A stretch of DNA of 44,221 nt. Origin: an uncultured Methanomicrobia archaeon (GTDB taxonomy: Archaea > Halobacteriota > Bog-38 > Methanoflorentales > Methanoflorentaceae). Under the pieces are notes generated by a model that saw nothing but the letters and a program-made list of their open reading frames with translations, had not been told where the DNA came from and ran no database searches. The DNA lies in contig CAYHCZ010000004.1 of the NCBI GenBank assembly GCA_964355295.1, positions 1 to 44,221 on the forward strand, given 5' to 3'. Made by a program: the position numbers and the translations under genes. This document shows positions 20,406-29,320 of this stretch, piece after piece. Within the stretch, counting starts at the first letter, position 1. Each line of letters opens with the position of its first letter.

Positions 20406-21089
20406 ATGATATCACGAGACTCAAGTCAGTTTCCTGATTTGATTAGGATTTAGAAAGACATCGCGACGCAGATAGTTCTTGATGATCCTCCTGGAGATTT
20501 TGCCTCCGTTGGGGCAGTAGCTCAATCTTTTTCGAAAGACGTTGTTTTTTCGTCAGCCATTGTAGTTGACTCATTAATGAACGTCATTGACGAATCCGTT
20601 GCGAGCGCAAAAATAAACTTCCCTTATGTCTCAGGACTGCTCTTCTTCCGTGAGGGCCCTGTATCGATAGCCGCTCTAAAGAAGCTACACACGATACCTG
20701 AGGTTTTAATCGTGCACGGATGCGGTATCAACCATCCACGCTTTGCGGGATTTGCATCACATATCGGTGTCTATCTCAACATATCAACGATAGGTGTATC
20801 AAAAACAACGCTTTGTGGGGAATACGTTGAACCAGACGAAGCTTGTCGCTGCGTTCCTTTAAAGTTTAAGGGCAGAAAGCTCGATTTCGTCTTAAAAACA
20901 ATAGCTGCAACTAAACCAATCTTTGTAAGTCCAGGCCATCACATTTCGCTCAAAAACGCCGTAAAAGTCGTCAAACGATGTGTGATAAACCATAGATTGC
21001 CTGAGCCGCTACGTTTATCTCAAATTAAAGCTCGGAAAGCTAGATTCAGGTTTTTGGATATAGATCAGCATAGCTTCCAGCAAGCATAA
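20406..21089 (+). pseudogene. nfi: Endonuclease V with an in-frame TAG near the N-terminus
   Basis: ORF 20577-21089 carries the EndoV core: YVSGLLFFREGP, VHGCGINHPRFAGFASHIGV, IGVSKT, KPIFVSPGHHISL, RLPEPLRLS. The same frame continues upstream to ATG 20406 (MISRDSSQFPDLIRI*KDIATQIVLDD...SVGAVAQSF). It is interrupted only by TAG at 20451-20453. Confidence 0.7.
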
Positions 21090-21185
21090 CGTAGTAATTG
21101 CGAAAAAGACGATGTAAGCTGCTTAAAGCGTACAAAGATTTAATACGTTTTGGACTAGAAGGTTGATCCCAAACGAGGAAGTGAC

Positions 21186-21329
21186 ATGAGAACCTACCTT
21201 TATCGATGTCGGATCTGCAGCACAGAAATCTGGACTGATTTCATCGAGCTAGATAGACTGACCTGCGAAAAGTGCCATACTACTGGAAAATGGCTTGTTA
21301 TGGACGTTAAGAACAGACCAAAAATGTAA
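21186..21329 (+). CDS. Small zinc-ribbon protein (47 aa)
   Basis: MRTYLYRCRICSTEIWTDFIELDRLTCEKCHTTGKWLVMDVKNRPKM has a CxxC-x15-CxxC pattern. GAGGAAG lies 4 nt upstream of the ATG. It falls below the ORF-track length cut-off. Confidence 0.45.
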   Translation: MRTYLYRCRICSTEIWTDFIELDRLTCEKCHTTGKWLVMDVKNRPKM

Positions 21330-21387
21330 AAAAAATAAGCAATAGCACCCCTTATTAACGAGATGCTATCAAAGAGAGAATCCGGAA

Positions 21388-21600
21388 TTATCGGTTAAGT
21401 CTTGTGTAAGCGAGTTTGATGTCTTCCGCTTTGACCGTCTTCCGGCCTGCGTGCTTAGCCATTTCGATTGCTTCTTCGGCAAGTTCCTTGCCATACATCT
21501 CTAGATATTCTCTAAACTGTTCTGTCGCTTCAGCGCTCACACGCTCTGCTCCAGCCTTTCGGATGATTCTACTTACTCCTGCTGCTTGTAATTCTGCCAT
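21388..21600 (-). CDS. Archaeal histone (HMf family)
   Basis: 70 aa with a histone fold: [19 protein letters not shown]...[26 protein letters not shown]. Confidence 0.92.
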   Translation of the reverse strand: MAELQAAGVSRIIRKAGAERVSAEATEQFREYLEMYGKELAEEAIEMAKHAGRKTVKAEDIKLAYTRLNR

Positions 21601-21633
21601 TTGAATTACCTCGAGCTATACTGAGATTTCCAA

Positions 21634-21648
21634 CATATATATACTTTT
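21634..21648 (-). promoter_or_regulatory. TATA box for the histone gene
   Basis: The minus strand reads AAAAGTATATATATG about 35-45 nt upstream of the ATG at 21600. GAGGT lies 8 nt before the start. Confidence 0.4.
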
Positions 21649-21789
21649 TCGGTATTTTTTTGATTTTAGGGTAATATTCCCCAATAAAAAAGGATTTGAG
21701 GGTCAAAATAACATTCGTGATACATAAGACAAGCAGGGGAAAGCTTCATCATCATCAACAGGAAGCTAGTTTATTCAGGAAGTGTCCGA

Positions 21790-22254
21790 GTGAAAAAAAG
21801 TCCTCAAATTGGCATAATTGGAAGCAGGAGCTGCTCAAGCGAGATCGCTAATATAGCCGAGCTAACGGGAAGTCTTATTGCGTCGCACAAGGCAATCCTC
21901 ATTTGTGGGGGAAGAGAAGGCGTCATGGAGGCCGCCGCACGCGGTGCAAAGGCTGCAGGAGGGCTCACCGTAGGCATTCTTCCAGGTCCTTCAAAAACCG
22001 ACGCAAATCCTTTTATTGATGTTAAGATACCCACTGACATGGGCCACGCACGAAACGCAATCATTGCGCGAGCAGCTGATTGTCTTATCGCAATCGCTGG
22101 CGAATATGGCACGCTTTCCGAAATTGCTCTCGCGCTTCAGATGGTAAAACCGGTTGTAATATTAGCCTCCAAGTGGGAGATTGAGGGTACGATTGTAGCC
22201 GACACCCCAGAAACCGCAGTCGAGACGGCGCTACGCCTATGCAGTAAGGGCTAA
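21790..22254 (+). CDS. TIGR00725-like / LOG-family Rossmann protein
   Basis: 154 aa. IGIIGSRS...ILICGGREGVMEAAARGAKAAGGLTVGILP...AIAGEYGTLSEIALAL matches the LOG/SLOG pattern. GTG start. Confidence 0.75.
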   Translation: MKKSPQIGIIGSRSCSSEIANIAELTGSLIASHKAILICGGREGVMEAAARGAKAAGGLTVGILPGPSKTDANPFIDVKIPTDMGHARNAIIARAADCLIAIAGEYGTLSEIALALQMVKPVVILASKWEIEGTIVADTPETAVETALRLCSKG

Positions 22255-22298
22255 GCAAACGCTATGTAGATGAAGCATTCATAGGGTATCAGATTTCC

Positions 22299-23060
22299 AT
22301 GAATATTATTCTCCTTGGGACGGGCGTCGCAATTCCGCAACTCGAAAAGGCTCAGTCAGGTATACTTATAAAAACCCCAGAAGAACTGGTACTCTTTGAC
22401 TGCGGAGCGGGCATCTTAAGCCGCATCGTGCAGAGCGGGTACGATTACCTCAAGATACACAAGGTGTTCTTCACTCATAACCATCTAGATCATAACTCTG
22501 ACTTTCTGGCGCTTCTTAAGGCTCAGCAACTTGCAGCTATGGATCCAAGCACCCCTGTGCAGACAATGAACGTGTTTGGCCCTGCTGGCACGCAACACCA
22601 CGTTGAGCAGTTACTTGACCTTTATAATTATCTTACAGTCGAAGTCTCTATAACTGAGCTTGAAGATGGGGAGAGTATTCGCGTTGGAAACGGAGTCGTT
22701 TCAGTTCGCAAGACCAAGCATAGTGTTCCTTCAATTGCGTATCGTATGCAAACACCGACGTCTACTCTTGTATATTCCGGTGACACCGAACCTACCGAAG
22801 GCGTACGTGATTTGTGCCACGGGGAGGTTGACGTGTTAATTCACGAATGCTCGTTTCCGGATTCGTACGCCTCGGTGTCGAACCATACGACACCATCGAA
22901 GTTACGGGACCTCATATTCGACCTCCAAATTGACCGAATCGTGCTTACCCACTTGTACCCACAAACGAGCGGACAGGAGGATACTATGGTCGATATCGTC
23001 AAGGAGAAGTTCCCTGGAAGGGTTGACGTCGCTTACGACCTTATGAAGATTTATCTCTAA
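22299..23060 (+). CDS. MBL-fold metallo-hydrolase (RNase Z-like)
   Basis: 253 aa. FDCGAG, the HNHLDHNSD (HxHxDH) metal motif, YSGDT and a late LTHL block. Confidence 0.8.
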   Translation: MNIILLGTGVAIPQLEKAQSGILIKTPEELVLFDCGAGILSRIVQSGYDYLKIHKVFFTHNHLDHNSDFLALLKAQQLAAMDPSTPVQTMNVFGPAGTQHHVEQLLDLYNYLTVEVSITELEDGESIRVGNGVVSVRKTKHSVPSIAYRMQTPTSTLVYSGDTEPTEGVRDLCHGEVDVLIHECSFPDSYASVSNHTTPSKLRDLIFDLQIDRIVLTHLYPQTSGQEDTMVDIVKEKFPGRVDVAYDLMKIYL

Positions 23061-23256
23061 CTAAAGAAAACTATTTTTAAAGTTAAGAGCCCACATAATT
23101 CTTTTACGGCTTATGAAGCGAGACAAATCAACGCCAACTAGGCGGCAGAAGGGCAGTAGTTACTGGTTATCGTCATCGTCAACGGCGTACATAATTGACG
23201 TGTAAAAAGTTGCCCTTTTTCAAGCCAAAGAATAAAAAGAGGAGTCGTATTACCGC

Positions 23257-23403
23257 TCACGATGCGAGCGAATTGAAATGCTCTATAAATTCAGCACGTG
23301 AGCACTCGTGGCACAAATTAGCGAACCACGTCTTAACAACAATTGGACTACCGCACCGCTCGCAGTACGCTATTTTATTTAGCATCGTGTTAAGCTCAAT
23401 CAT
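23257..23403 (-). CDS. Possible small zinc-ribbon protein (48 aa)
   Basis: MIELNTMLNKIAYCERCGSPIVVKTWFANLCHECSRAEFIEHFNSLAS has a CxxC-x13-CxxC pattern. A GGAGTGAGTGAT site precedes the ATG. It is antisense to the 92-aa + strand ORF 23195-23473, which has no recognisable features. Confidence 0.3.
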   Translation of the reverse strand: MIELNTMLNKIAYCERCGSPIVVKTWFANLCHECSRAEFIEHFNSLAS

Positions 23404-23733
23404 CTTATCACTCACTCCACTTCACATGAATTATACTAGATTTAAGGCTTCCGTTCTGGATCTCATTTTTTAGCCACTCTTGTTAGCGCCTATCTTGAAT
23501 TCTCTTGCATCAACCACGTCAATAAGCAGCTTAAAATGCGTTAGAGTTAAGATTCTACATTAATTTTTATTGATTCAATTATATATAATTTATCTAGCTC
23601 TTGGTAAAATTAGGGTTTATGATGATCGATTTTTAAGTATAACAACAAGTTTGCAACAAAGCAGGTGTGCATTTAAGGTACCTAGGTTACTAAAATTCCT
23701 ATAGCCCCTCTTTTTCGCATTTTAAGGGAGCTA

Positions 23734-23892
23734 TTACTGCGTTTTATTACCATTCATTTCATTTACGCGTCGACGTTTTTTTATGAGTTGTAAGAGCAGC
23801 CACACGATGACTACTGCGAGAGCTCCTGGCGGGAATGTGTATATTAAGAAGATAAAAGCTATTACGAGGATCATTGAGTTGAGTAAGCTCAT
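23734..23892 (-). CDS. Small two-TM membrane peptide (52 aa)
   Basis: MSLLNSMILVIAFIFLIYTFPPGALAVVIVWLLLQLIKKRRRVNEMNGNKTQ has two hydrophobic helices and a basic tail. The ATG is at 23892. The ORF track extends to a TTG at 23961. Confidence 0.4.
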   Translation of the reverse strand: MSLLNSMILVIAFIFLIYTFPPGALAVVIVWLLLQLIKKRRRVNEMNGNKTQ

Positions 23893-24206
23893 GTTCAGCA
23901 CGTTACAACGCAGTAGTAAGTTTAAATGTTTCTTCTTGTTGACATAAAGCCCAAATAGCAAGCTTTGAATGCCAAAATTCTATTAGAACCGCTTAATCGT
24001 ATATTAAATATTATCTCAAAAAAAGAATTCATTCACGCGGCAATTAACTCAATAACTCTGTAGTTTTAGATACAGTTGTTAAACACGCTTCAACATACGA
24101 CCTAAACCTCAATAACTCGCAGGAAAATAGAGTTGAGTGCTTGCTGGAGTTAGTTAAGTCTAGCTTCCGGGCTTGGCCTTACAGCTAAATTGAGAATTAC
24201 TTACGA

Positions 24207-24371
24207 CTAATAAGCGACTGATCGTCGTGGGCCTTGCCAATAAAAAAGAAACCATATCACAAAGAGCACCAATGCAACTAGCATCAAAAATGGCAGTAAA
24301 TGGATAAATATTGTGAAAGCCAGGAGCACTATTACGAGGATTAACGCTACAACTAGAAGATCTGAGAACAA
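24207..24371 (-). CDS. Small two-TM membrane peptide (about 54 aa), possible paralogue of 23734-23892
   Basis: A frame not listed in the ORF track reads (TTG)FSDLLVVALILVIVLLAFTIFIHLLPFLMLVALVLFVIWFLFYWQGPRRSVAY. It ends at TAG 24207-24209. The start codon is uncertain. Confidence 0.3.
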   Translation of the reverse strand: MFSDLLVVALILVIVLLAFTIFIHLLPFLMLVALVLFVIWFLFYWQGPRRSVAY

Positions 24372-24764
24372 GCCCGTTATGTAACAAAAACAGTCGCTAT
24401 AGGTAAATAATTAACCTGTTAGCGCTCCTTTTTGGCTTCATATAGAATATAAAACATAACAATTCTACTTAAATGAAGTTACGGGGTGCTCGAACGCTTT
24501 AAGTTCTAGTTCAGCGATGTTTTCGAGCTATTCGCTGCCGGAGTATATCTCCTTTCGTCAAGGTCTCTAACAATTTAGACGACATATAAAGAGCCTACGT
24601 CGGAAAAATAGCCTTAGTTACCTCCCATACCATCAATGAAGCCAAGATCTTCTCGCCTTAAATATCGACGATATCGTACGAGCCTTCACTAGTACCACTT
24701 TCTCTATTGTTTTTAATTTTAATCATAATAGCACATGCTGGTTGAGAGTTCAAATCGAGTTTCT

Positions 24765-25337
24765 TCAATCCCTTTCGCAAAGAAACGTTTCTTCAAGCCA
24801 TGTAAATACTTTAGGCCCACGGCTATGGCCAAAAAGCTCAACAAATTTGTCGTTAATGAGTTCTGCATAATCAATCGACCCCAGGTAGCAGATAAACCAA
24901 TATTTGCGGTCACCAAAACGATAGCTGAAAAAACGATCAGCGTAGATCAGATCGCTGCAGAAGTACTTAACGAAGCTCCGCCCCGTGCAGACGCCGATGT
25001 CATAGCCTTTACTTAATATGATAGACTTGATGTTAGGCTCTTCCCTCGCGTAGTCAAAGTATTTTGTGTATGTGCTGCAATGGAGCACCGCAACAGCATT
25101 TGCTGGGATCGTCTTTATCGCACTGAGCGTTCCTTCAGCAGCTGACAATGTCGCTTCCAGCTCAGCGTAGGCGTAGGAAGGCGCGTAATATATGTCGCTG
25201 AGATCGGCCGACTGGTGGATTCTGTTTTTAAGCAGCTCTTGTGCTCCAACAACATTACACTTAAGACTGCGAAACAAAATGCGAAACATAGTGATACACG
25301 TTTCATCTTGCGCCATATTGTGTACACAAAAGAACAC
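24765..25337 (-). CDS. Hypothetical protein (orphan)
   Basis: 190-aa ORF from a GTG, or 183 aa from the ATG at 25316. I recognise no motif. It is the longest frame in this AT-rich stretch. Confidence 0.45.
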   Translation of the reverse strand: MFFCVHNMAQDETCITMFRILFRSLKCNVVGAQELLKNRIHQSADLSDIYYAPSYAYAELEATLSAAEGTLSAIKTIPANAVAVLHCSTYTKYFDYAREEPNIKSIILSKGYDIGVCTGRSFVKYFCSDLIYADRFFSYRFGDRKYWFICYLGSIDYAELINDKFVELFGHSRGPKVFTWLEETFLCERD

Positions 25338-25502
25338 AGCAGCTACTTAAGGATATGAGAATAAGAGAAGAGGAGAGAACCAATCACGTTATTTTTCTCA
25401 ACGTAGCATTTTTAGTCTTAAGGGGGCGGACAAGCAACTTTTATAGAGCCTAGACAAATCTAAAAAGTAGCGCGCTTCACATTGATCCAATCGGCTTAGT
25501 GT

Positions 25503-26027
25503 TTAGCTCGAACTTATTTGCCACGAGTCTTTGACTACAATATCATCGATCTGCTGGATTGTGTCCAATCGACGATCTCGAATCTCGAAATTTATCCATG
25601 CGTCATAAACATTCGGCGCGCTTCCTTTCGTAAGTTCATATACTCTGTATGGGAGGGAAATGACTTTCGTCAAATTCGTGGTAACAAATCCTGCGGTATT
25701 GCTATTAGTATAGTTTGTCGCGTCGTTAATCGATCCAAAACGGATGATTGTGATATTCCAGTTTAGGTTCTGGTTTGACGTCACATTTCTAAACTCTGTC
25801 TGTATACTAACTGTTGATTCGTTCTGCCATTTAGCAACCCAGGCAGAAACGGTGGTGTCATTCCTGAGTTCTCGCTCAAGCGAAATGACATACTGCTCAA
25901 GGAACGCGTCACGAGTCCCTGTAGTTGACGTCGCTCCTGCAGTTATTGTTGATGGAGTCGGCGACGTCGTTGTCGGAGACGTACAACCAGCCATGAACAC
26001 GGCTCCGAGCATAAGTACCGTAAGCAA
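25503..26027 (-). CDS. Putative secreted lipoprotein, Thr/Ser/Pro linker, glycosylation-sequon rich
   Basis: Signal peptide with the lipobox FMAGC, then TSPTTTSPTPSTITAGATSTTGT. At least six N-x-S/T sequons. The listed start is a TTG. AAAGGAGAG lies upstream. Confidence 0.6.
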   Translation of the reverse strand: MLTVLMLGAVFMAGCTSPTTTSPTPSTITAGATSTTGTRDAFLEQYVISLERELRNDTTVSAWVAKWQNESTVSIQTEFRNVTSNQNLNWNITIIRFGSINDATNYTNSNTAGFVTTNLTKVISLPYRVYELTKGSAPNVYDAWINFEIRDRRLDTIQQIDDIVVKDSWQISSS

Positions 26028-26107
26028 CGCGGCTAAATATCTAGTATTTATTCTGATCTCTCCTTTTGAAAAATGCTTAGCTTACAAATAAAAAAAGGGA
26101 GAAGAGC

Positions 26108-27889
26108 TCAGTCCTCGTCGAGTGAGGCGAGATCTCCCATTGGCAGTCCAAGCTCCTGAGCTTTTAGTACCCTTCGCATAATTTTACCGCTTCGCGTCTT
26201 TGGAAGCTTTTCCATAAACTCAATCTCTCGCGGAAACGCGTGTGCTGCTAAGTGCTTTTTCACGAACTGTGCTATGTCCTGTTTCAGCTCCTCAGATGGA
26301 ACATGACCTGCCCGAAGGCTCACAAACGCTTTGATAATCTCGCCACGTAACGCGTCAGGCTTTCCAATTACCCCGGCTTCAGCGACTGCAGGGTGTTCGA
26401 CAAGCGCACTTTCAACTTCAAACGGACCGACACGTTCTCCTGAAGTCTTTATGACATCATCGACGCGTCCCATAAACCAGAAGTAACCGTCTTCATCACA
26501 AAACGCGCTATCTCCTGTTTTGTACCATCCTGGAATCTCGAAGTAGCTCATATACTTCTCTTCGTTTCTCCAGATAGCACGCAGCATTGCAGGCCACGGC
26601 GGCTTGATTACAAGGTTTCCTGGCGTGTTAGCCGGGAGTTCCTTTCCTGAGTCATCAACGATCGATGCGGTAATACTCGGGAATGGGCGCCCCATTGAGC
26701 CCTCGCGGATCGACATACAGGGATAGTTAGCTATGAGTATCTGACCGGTCTCAGTCATCCACCAGTTGTCGTGGATGGGCATGTTAAATGCCTTTAATCC
26801 CCAGCGTATGACTTCAGGATTGAGCGGCTCACCGACACTAGTAATATATCGCAAACTGTCGAATTCGAACTTGTTAGCGACGTCTAGGCCGTCCTTCATG
26901 AGAAGTCTGAGCGCCGTAGGTGCGGTATACCAAATCGTTACTTGGTACTGATCAATGAGACCGTACCACGTAGCGGAATCAAACCGCCCGCTATACGAAA
27001 GTTGCGACGTTCCATTCAACCACGGACCCCAGCACGCGTACGAGGTGCCCGTAACCCACCCGGGATCTGCCGTACACCAATAGATATCAGACTCAGTGAC
27101 ATCCTGAACATATCGCGTCGTAATGTAGTGTCCGATCATCGCGTTATGGACGTGCACGACACCCTTTGCCTTACCCGTCGTTCCTGACGTGTAGTGCATC
27201 ATCACAGGATCTTCGCGGTCCATCCACTCCGTTTGATGATTCTTTGATGCACTCTTCATTTCCTCTTCAAAGCTCACTGTACGGTCGCCGGTCAGTTCGG
27301 CACCGGCAGACTTTGCGACGACTACGTATTTAAGGTCAGGAAGGCTGTCGACGATCTCATCGACGCTCGATTCCTTCAAGTCAGGGGTGGTAACCAGGAC
27401 CTTTGCGCCGCTGTCTTCGAGTCGATCCATGACTGCTTCTGCCCTGAATCCACCGAAGAGCGGCCCCCAAACGGAGCCGTTCTTGACCGTGCCAATCGCT
27501 GCAATGTAGAGCTCGGGATATCGCCCCATGTACGTAAAGACGCGATCGCCACGCGAAATGCCGAGGCTTTTTAACACATTTGCGAATTTATTCGAGAGGA
27601 GCTTTAAATCTAGAAATGTGAACTTGCGAGCGCCATCAGGGCCGTCAGCATAAAGGGCTACCTTATTCTTTCTCCATCCTTCAGCGTGCCGGTCGATCGC
27701 TTCGTGCGCGACGTTTAATCGACCCGTCTCGTTCCACGTAAACTCCTTTTCGACGTCTTCGAAGCGAAATTCAGCACATGCCTGTTCGTAGTCTGGCATG
27801 TTGCCTGGCCAGTGCTTTTCAATGATCTCTCGTTCGCCTACGGTTTTTACAGTCCATCCGTAATCCGCTTGGTTTGCCAATGTATACAC
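26108..27889 (-). CDS. AMP-forming acyl-CoA synthetase (acetyl/propionyl-CoA synthetase-like)
   Basis: 593 aa. AMP-binding motif HYTSGTTGKAKGV, YKTGDSAFCDEDGYFWFMGRVDDVIKTSGERVGPFEVESAL and the C-terminal PKTRSGKIMRR. Confidence 0.9.
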   Translation of the reverse strand: MYTLANQADYGWTVKTVGEREIIEKHWPGNMPDYEQACAEFRFEDVEKEFTWNETGRLNVAHEAIDRHAEGWRKNKVALYADGPDGARKFTFLDLKLLSNKFANVLKSLGISRGDRVFTYMGRYPELYIAAIGTVKNGSVWGPLFGGFRAEAVMDRLEDSGAKVLVTTPDLKESSVDEIVDSLPDLKYVVVAKSAGAELTGDRTVSFEEEMKSASKNHQTEWMDREDPVMMHYTSGTTGKAKGVVHVHNAMIGHYITTRYVQDVTESDIYWCTADPGWVTGTSYACWGPWLNGTSQLSYSGRFDSATWYGLIDQYQVTIWYTAPTALRLLMKDGLDVANKFEFDSLRYITSVGEPLNPEVIRWGLKAFNMPIHDNWWMTETGQILIANYPCMSIREGSMGRPFPSITASIVDDSGKELPANTPGNLVIKPPWPAMLRAIWRNEEKYMSYFEIPGWYKTGDSAFCDEDGYFWFMGRVDDVIKTSGERVGPFEVESALVEHPAVAEAGVIGKPDALRGEIIKAFVSLRAGHVPSEELKQDIAQFVKKHLAAHAFPREIEFMEKLPKTRSGKIMRRVLKAQELGLPMGDLASLDED

Positions 27890-28088
27890 CTCAGTTGAAG
27901 ACTCCCTTCAGTCAGTCTCACAGGGTCTAACAATACAACTATCACTATTAATGATGTCCTATGCTCGCGCTGTTTTTACTTATATTTTGTGATGTTTATG
28001 GTAATCGATAAGAAAAGGAACTTTCCAATGCAAGCTAATCTCGTGGGAGCCGGAAGAACGGAGTGGCAGTCAAAAAAGCGCACTTAAG

Positions 28089-28109
28089 AGTTTTAACGAG
28101 CAAGTAATC
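28089..28109. repeat. Direct repeat copy A flanking the lipoprotein gene
   Basis: agttttaacgagcaagtaatc abuts the stop codon of the 28110-28868 gene. It shares a perfect 13-mer, tttaacgagcaag, with copy B. Confidence 0.4.
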
Positions 28110-28868
28110 TTATTTGACTGTCGTTGATGCGCGACTTTCTGCAAGCGCCTTTGGGAGGGTGTTTATGCTGCTACCCGAATTAAGCGTACTTTTTGTTATC
28201 AATGCTGTCAGATCATAATAGCCCGCGGTTTCAAAGTTCACATTGACGCCGTACGTTCCATTAAGATACGTTATAGGGGCACTCTGCACCTTCCACGCGT
28301 TGGTGTTAGCATCTTTAACCAAAATGTAGAGATACTGGTTGCGCTCCATCCCTGAGTATGTCCCGGTAAGATAAGCACTGCCACGGCTTACTGTAGAGGG
28401 TACGCTGAGCGATATTGACGCCTTTGTATCCTCCGGACGAGGGGTCGCTGTTCTCGGAGTTGGCGTAGCCGCGACTTGTACCGAGAACGTCGTCGTTGCA
28501 GTCGAACCGGCGTAATCATAATCGCCAGCAAACGTAGCAGTTACAACGTGCTTTCCAGTTGTCAGGTCGTTGGTCTGATCCATTGTTAAGTTGAGCGCTG
28601 CATATCCCCAAACAGTTCGAGACGTCTCTTTGTAAGTGTTATCGATCGCCCAGCGTATCTCTTTATTATCCAAACCCGAACCACGCGTCATGTTAAGTTC
28701 GCATGTAAAAGTCGCATACTGACTGCGGTTTACTACGGTCGGGGCAATCACCTTGAGCGTACTGGTTGCAGCAGGGGAGACCGTGGGCTCCTTGTTCGCT
28801 TGATCCAAGCATCCTATAGTAACAGATGTAATCAAAAGTACAGCAGCGAAGACCAGGAACTTGCGCAT
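28110..28868 (-). CDS. Putative surface lipoprotein with Ig-like domain
   Basis: MRKFLVFAAVLLITSVTIGC signal and lipobox. An ~80-aa beta-rich domain ends in ATFAGDYDYAGSTATTTFSVQVAAT and resembles the 30883-31404 product. A TPTPRTATPRPED linker and a second domain follow. Confidence 0.65.
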   Translation of the reverse strand: MRKFLVFAAVLLITSVTIGCLDQANKEPTVSPAATSTLKVIAPTVVNRSQYATFTCELNMTRGSGLDNKEIRWAIDNTYKETSRTVWGYAALNLTMDQTNDLTTGKHVVTATFAGDYDYAGSTATTTFSVQVAATPTPRTATPRPEDTKASISLSVPSTVSRGSAYLTGTYSGMERNQYLYILVKDANTNAWKVQSAPITYLNGTYGVNVNFETAGYYDLTALITKSTLNSGSSINTLPKALAESRASTTVK

Positions 28869-28958
28869 TACATGTACTACTCAAATTTTCACGTGATAAA
28901 GATTGTGAAATTTCTTATAAGTAATATCCTTTATCTAGGTGAACGCCGAGTTGTAGTT

Positions 28959-28980
28959 AGTTTAACGAGCAAGAGTAACC
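28959..28980. repeat. Direct repeat copy B flanking the lipoprotein gene
   Basis: agtttaacgagcaagagtaacc lies about 90 nt upstream of the lipoprotein ATG (28868) and 26 nt upstream of the LSm ATG (29006). Confidence 0.4.
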
Positions 28981-29005
28981 AAGAACAACGAGCTGTTGAA
29001 GAAGT

Positions 29006-29239
29006 ATGACACAAGCTAAAAGACCTTTTGAGGTGTTGTCCCGCAATGTAGGGAAGAACGTTTCCGTCCGCTTGAAGGGCACACAAGTGGTTCAAGGGAC
29101 GTTTTTAGGTTATGACCCCCATTGGAACATTTCGCTTGCTGAAGCTGAGGAATGCAGGAACCACAGGCGAGTACTACTCGGAAAACTAATACTCCGTGGA
29201 AACAACGTGCTATACGTTTCTGAGTTGGACCTCGATTAG
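29006..29239 (+). CDS. Sm-like archaeal protein (LSm/SmAP)
   Basis: 77 aa. Sm1/Sm2 pattern: VSVRLKGTQVVQGTFLGYDPHWNISLAEAEE...LGKLILRGNNVLYV. Confidence 0.85.
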   Translation: MTQAKRPFEVLSRNVGKNVSVRLKGTQVVQGTFLGYDPHWNISLAEAEECRNHRRVLLGKLILRGNNVLYVSELDLD

Positions 29240-29320
29240 CGTTAGTTAAAGACTCTTACACTGCTTGCTCTTATGGATCTAATCAGCCAGACTTAGCTAT
29301 GGTTTTTGTCCCGCAGACTA

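Noticed and set aside
20451-20453. Pyrrolysine decoding of the in-frame TAG in endonuclease V
   Set aside because: The codon aligns with a conserved Gln, so a one-step CAG to TAG change is enough. No pyl genes or PYLIS-like context are visible in the window. TAG is also used as a normal stop here, for example at the paaK end at 17641. A whole-genome pylT/pylS search would settle it.
23195-23473. 92-aa + strand ORF
   Set aside because: No motif and no Shine-Dalgarno site, with a Lys/Arg- and Ser-rich composition. The opposite strand carries a more convincing zinc-ribbon mini-ORF. Treated as spurious, with low certainty.
23540-23700. AT-rich tract as a replication origin
   Set aside because: No ORB-like repeated elements (TCCAGTGGAAA-type) and no adjacent orc1/cdc6 gene.
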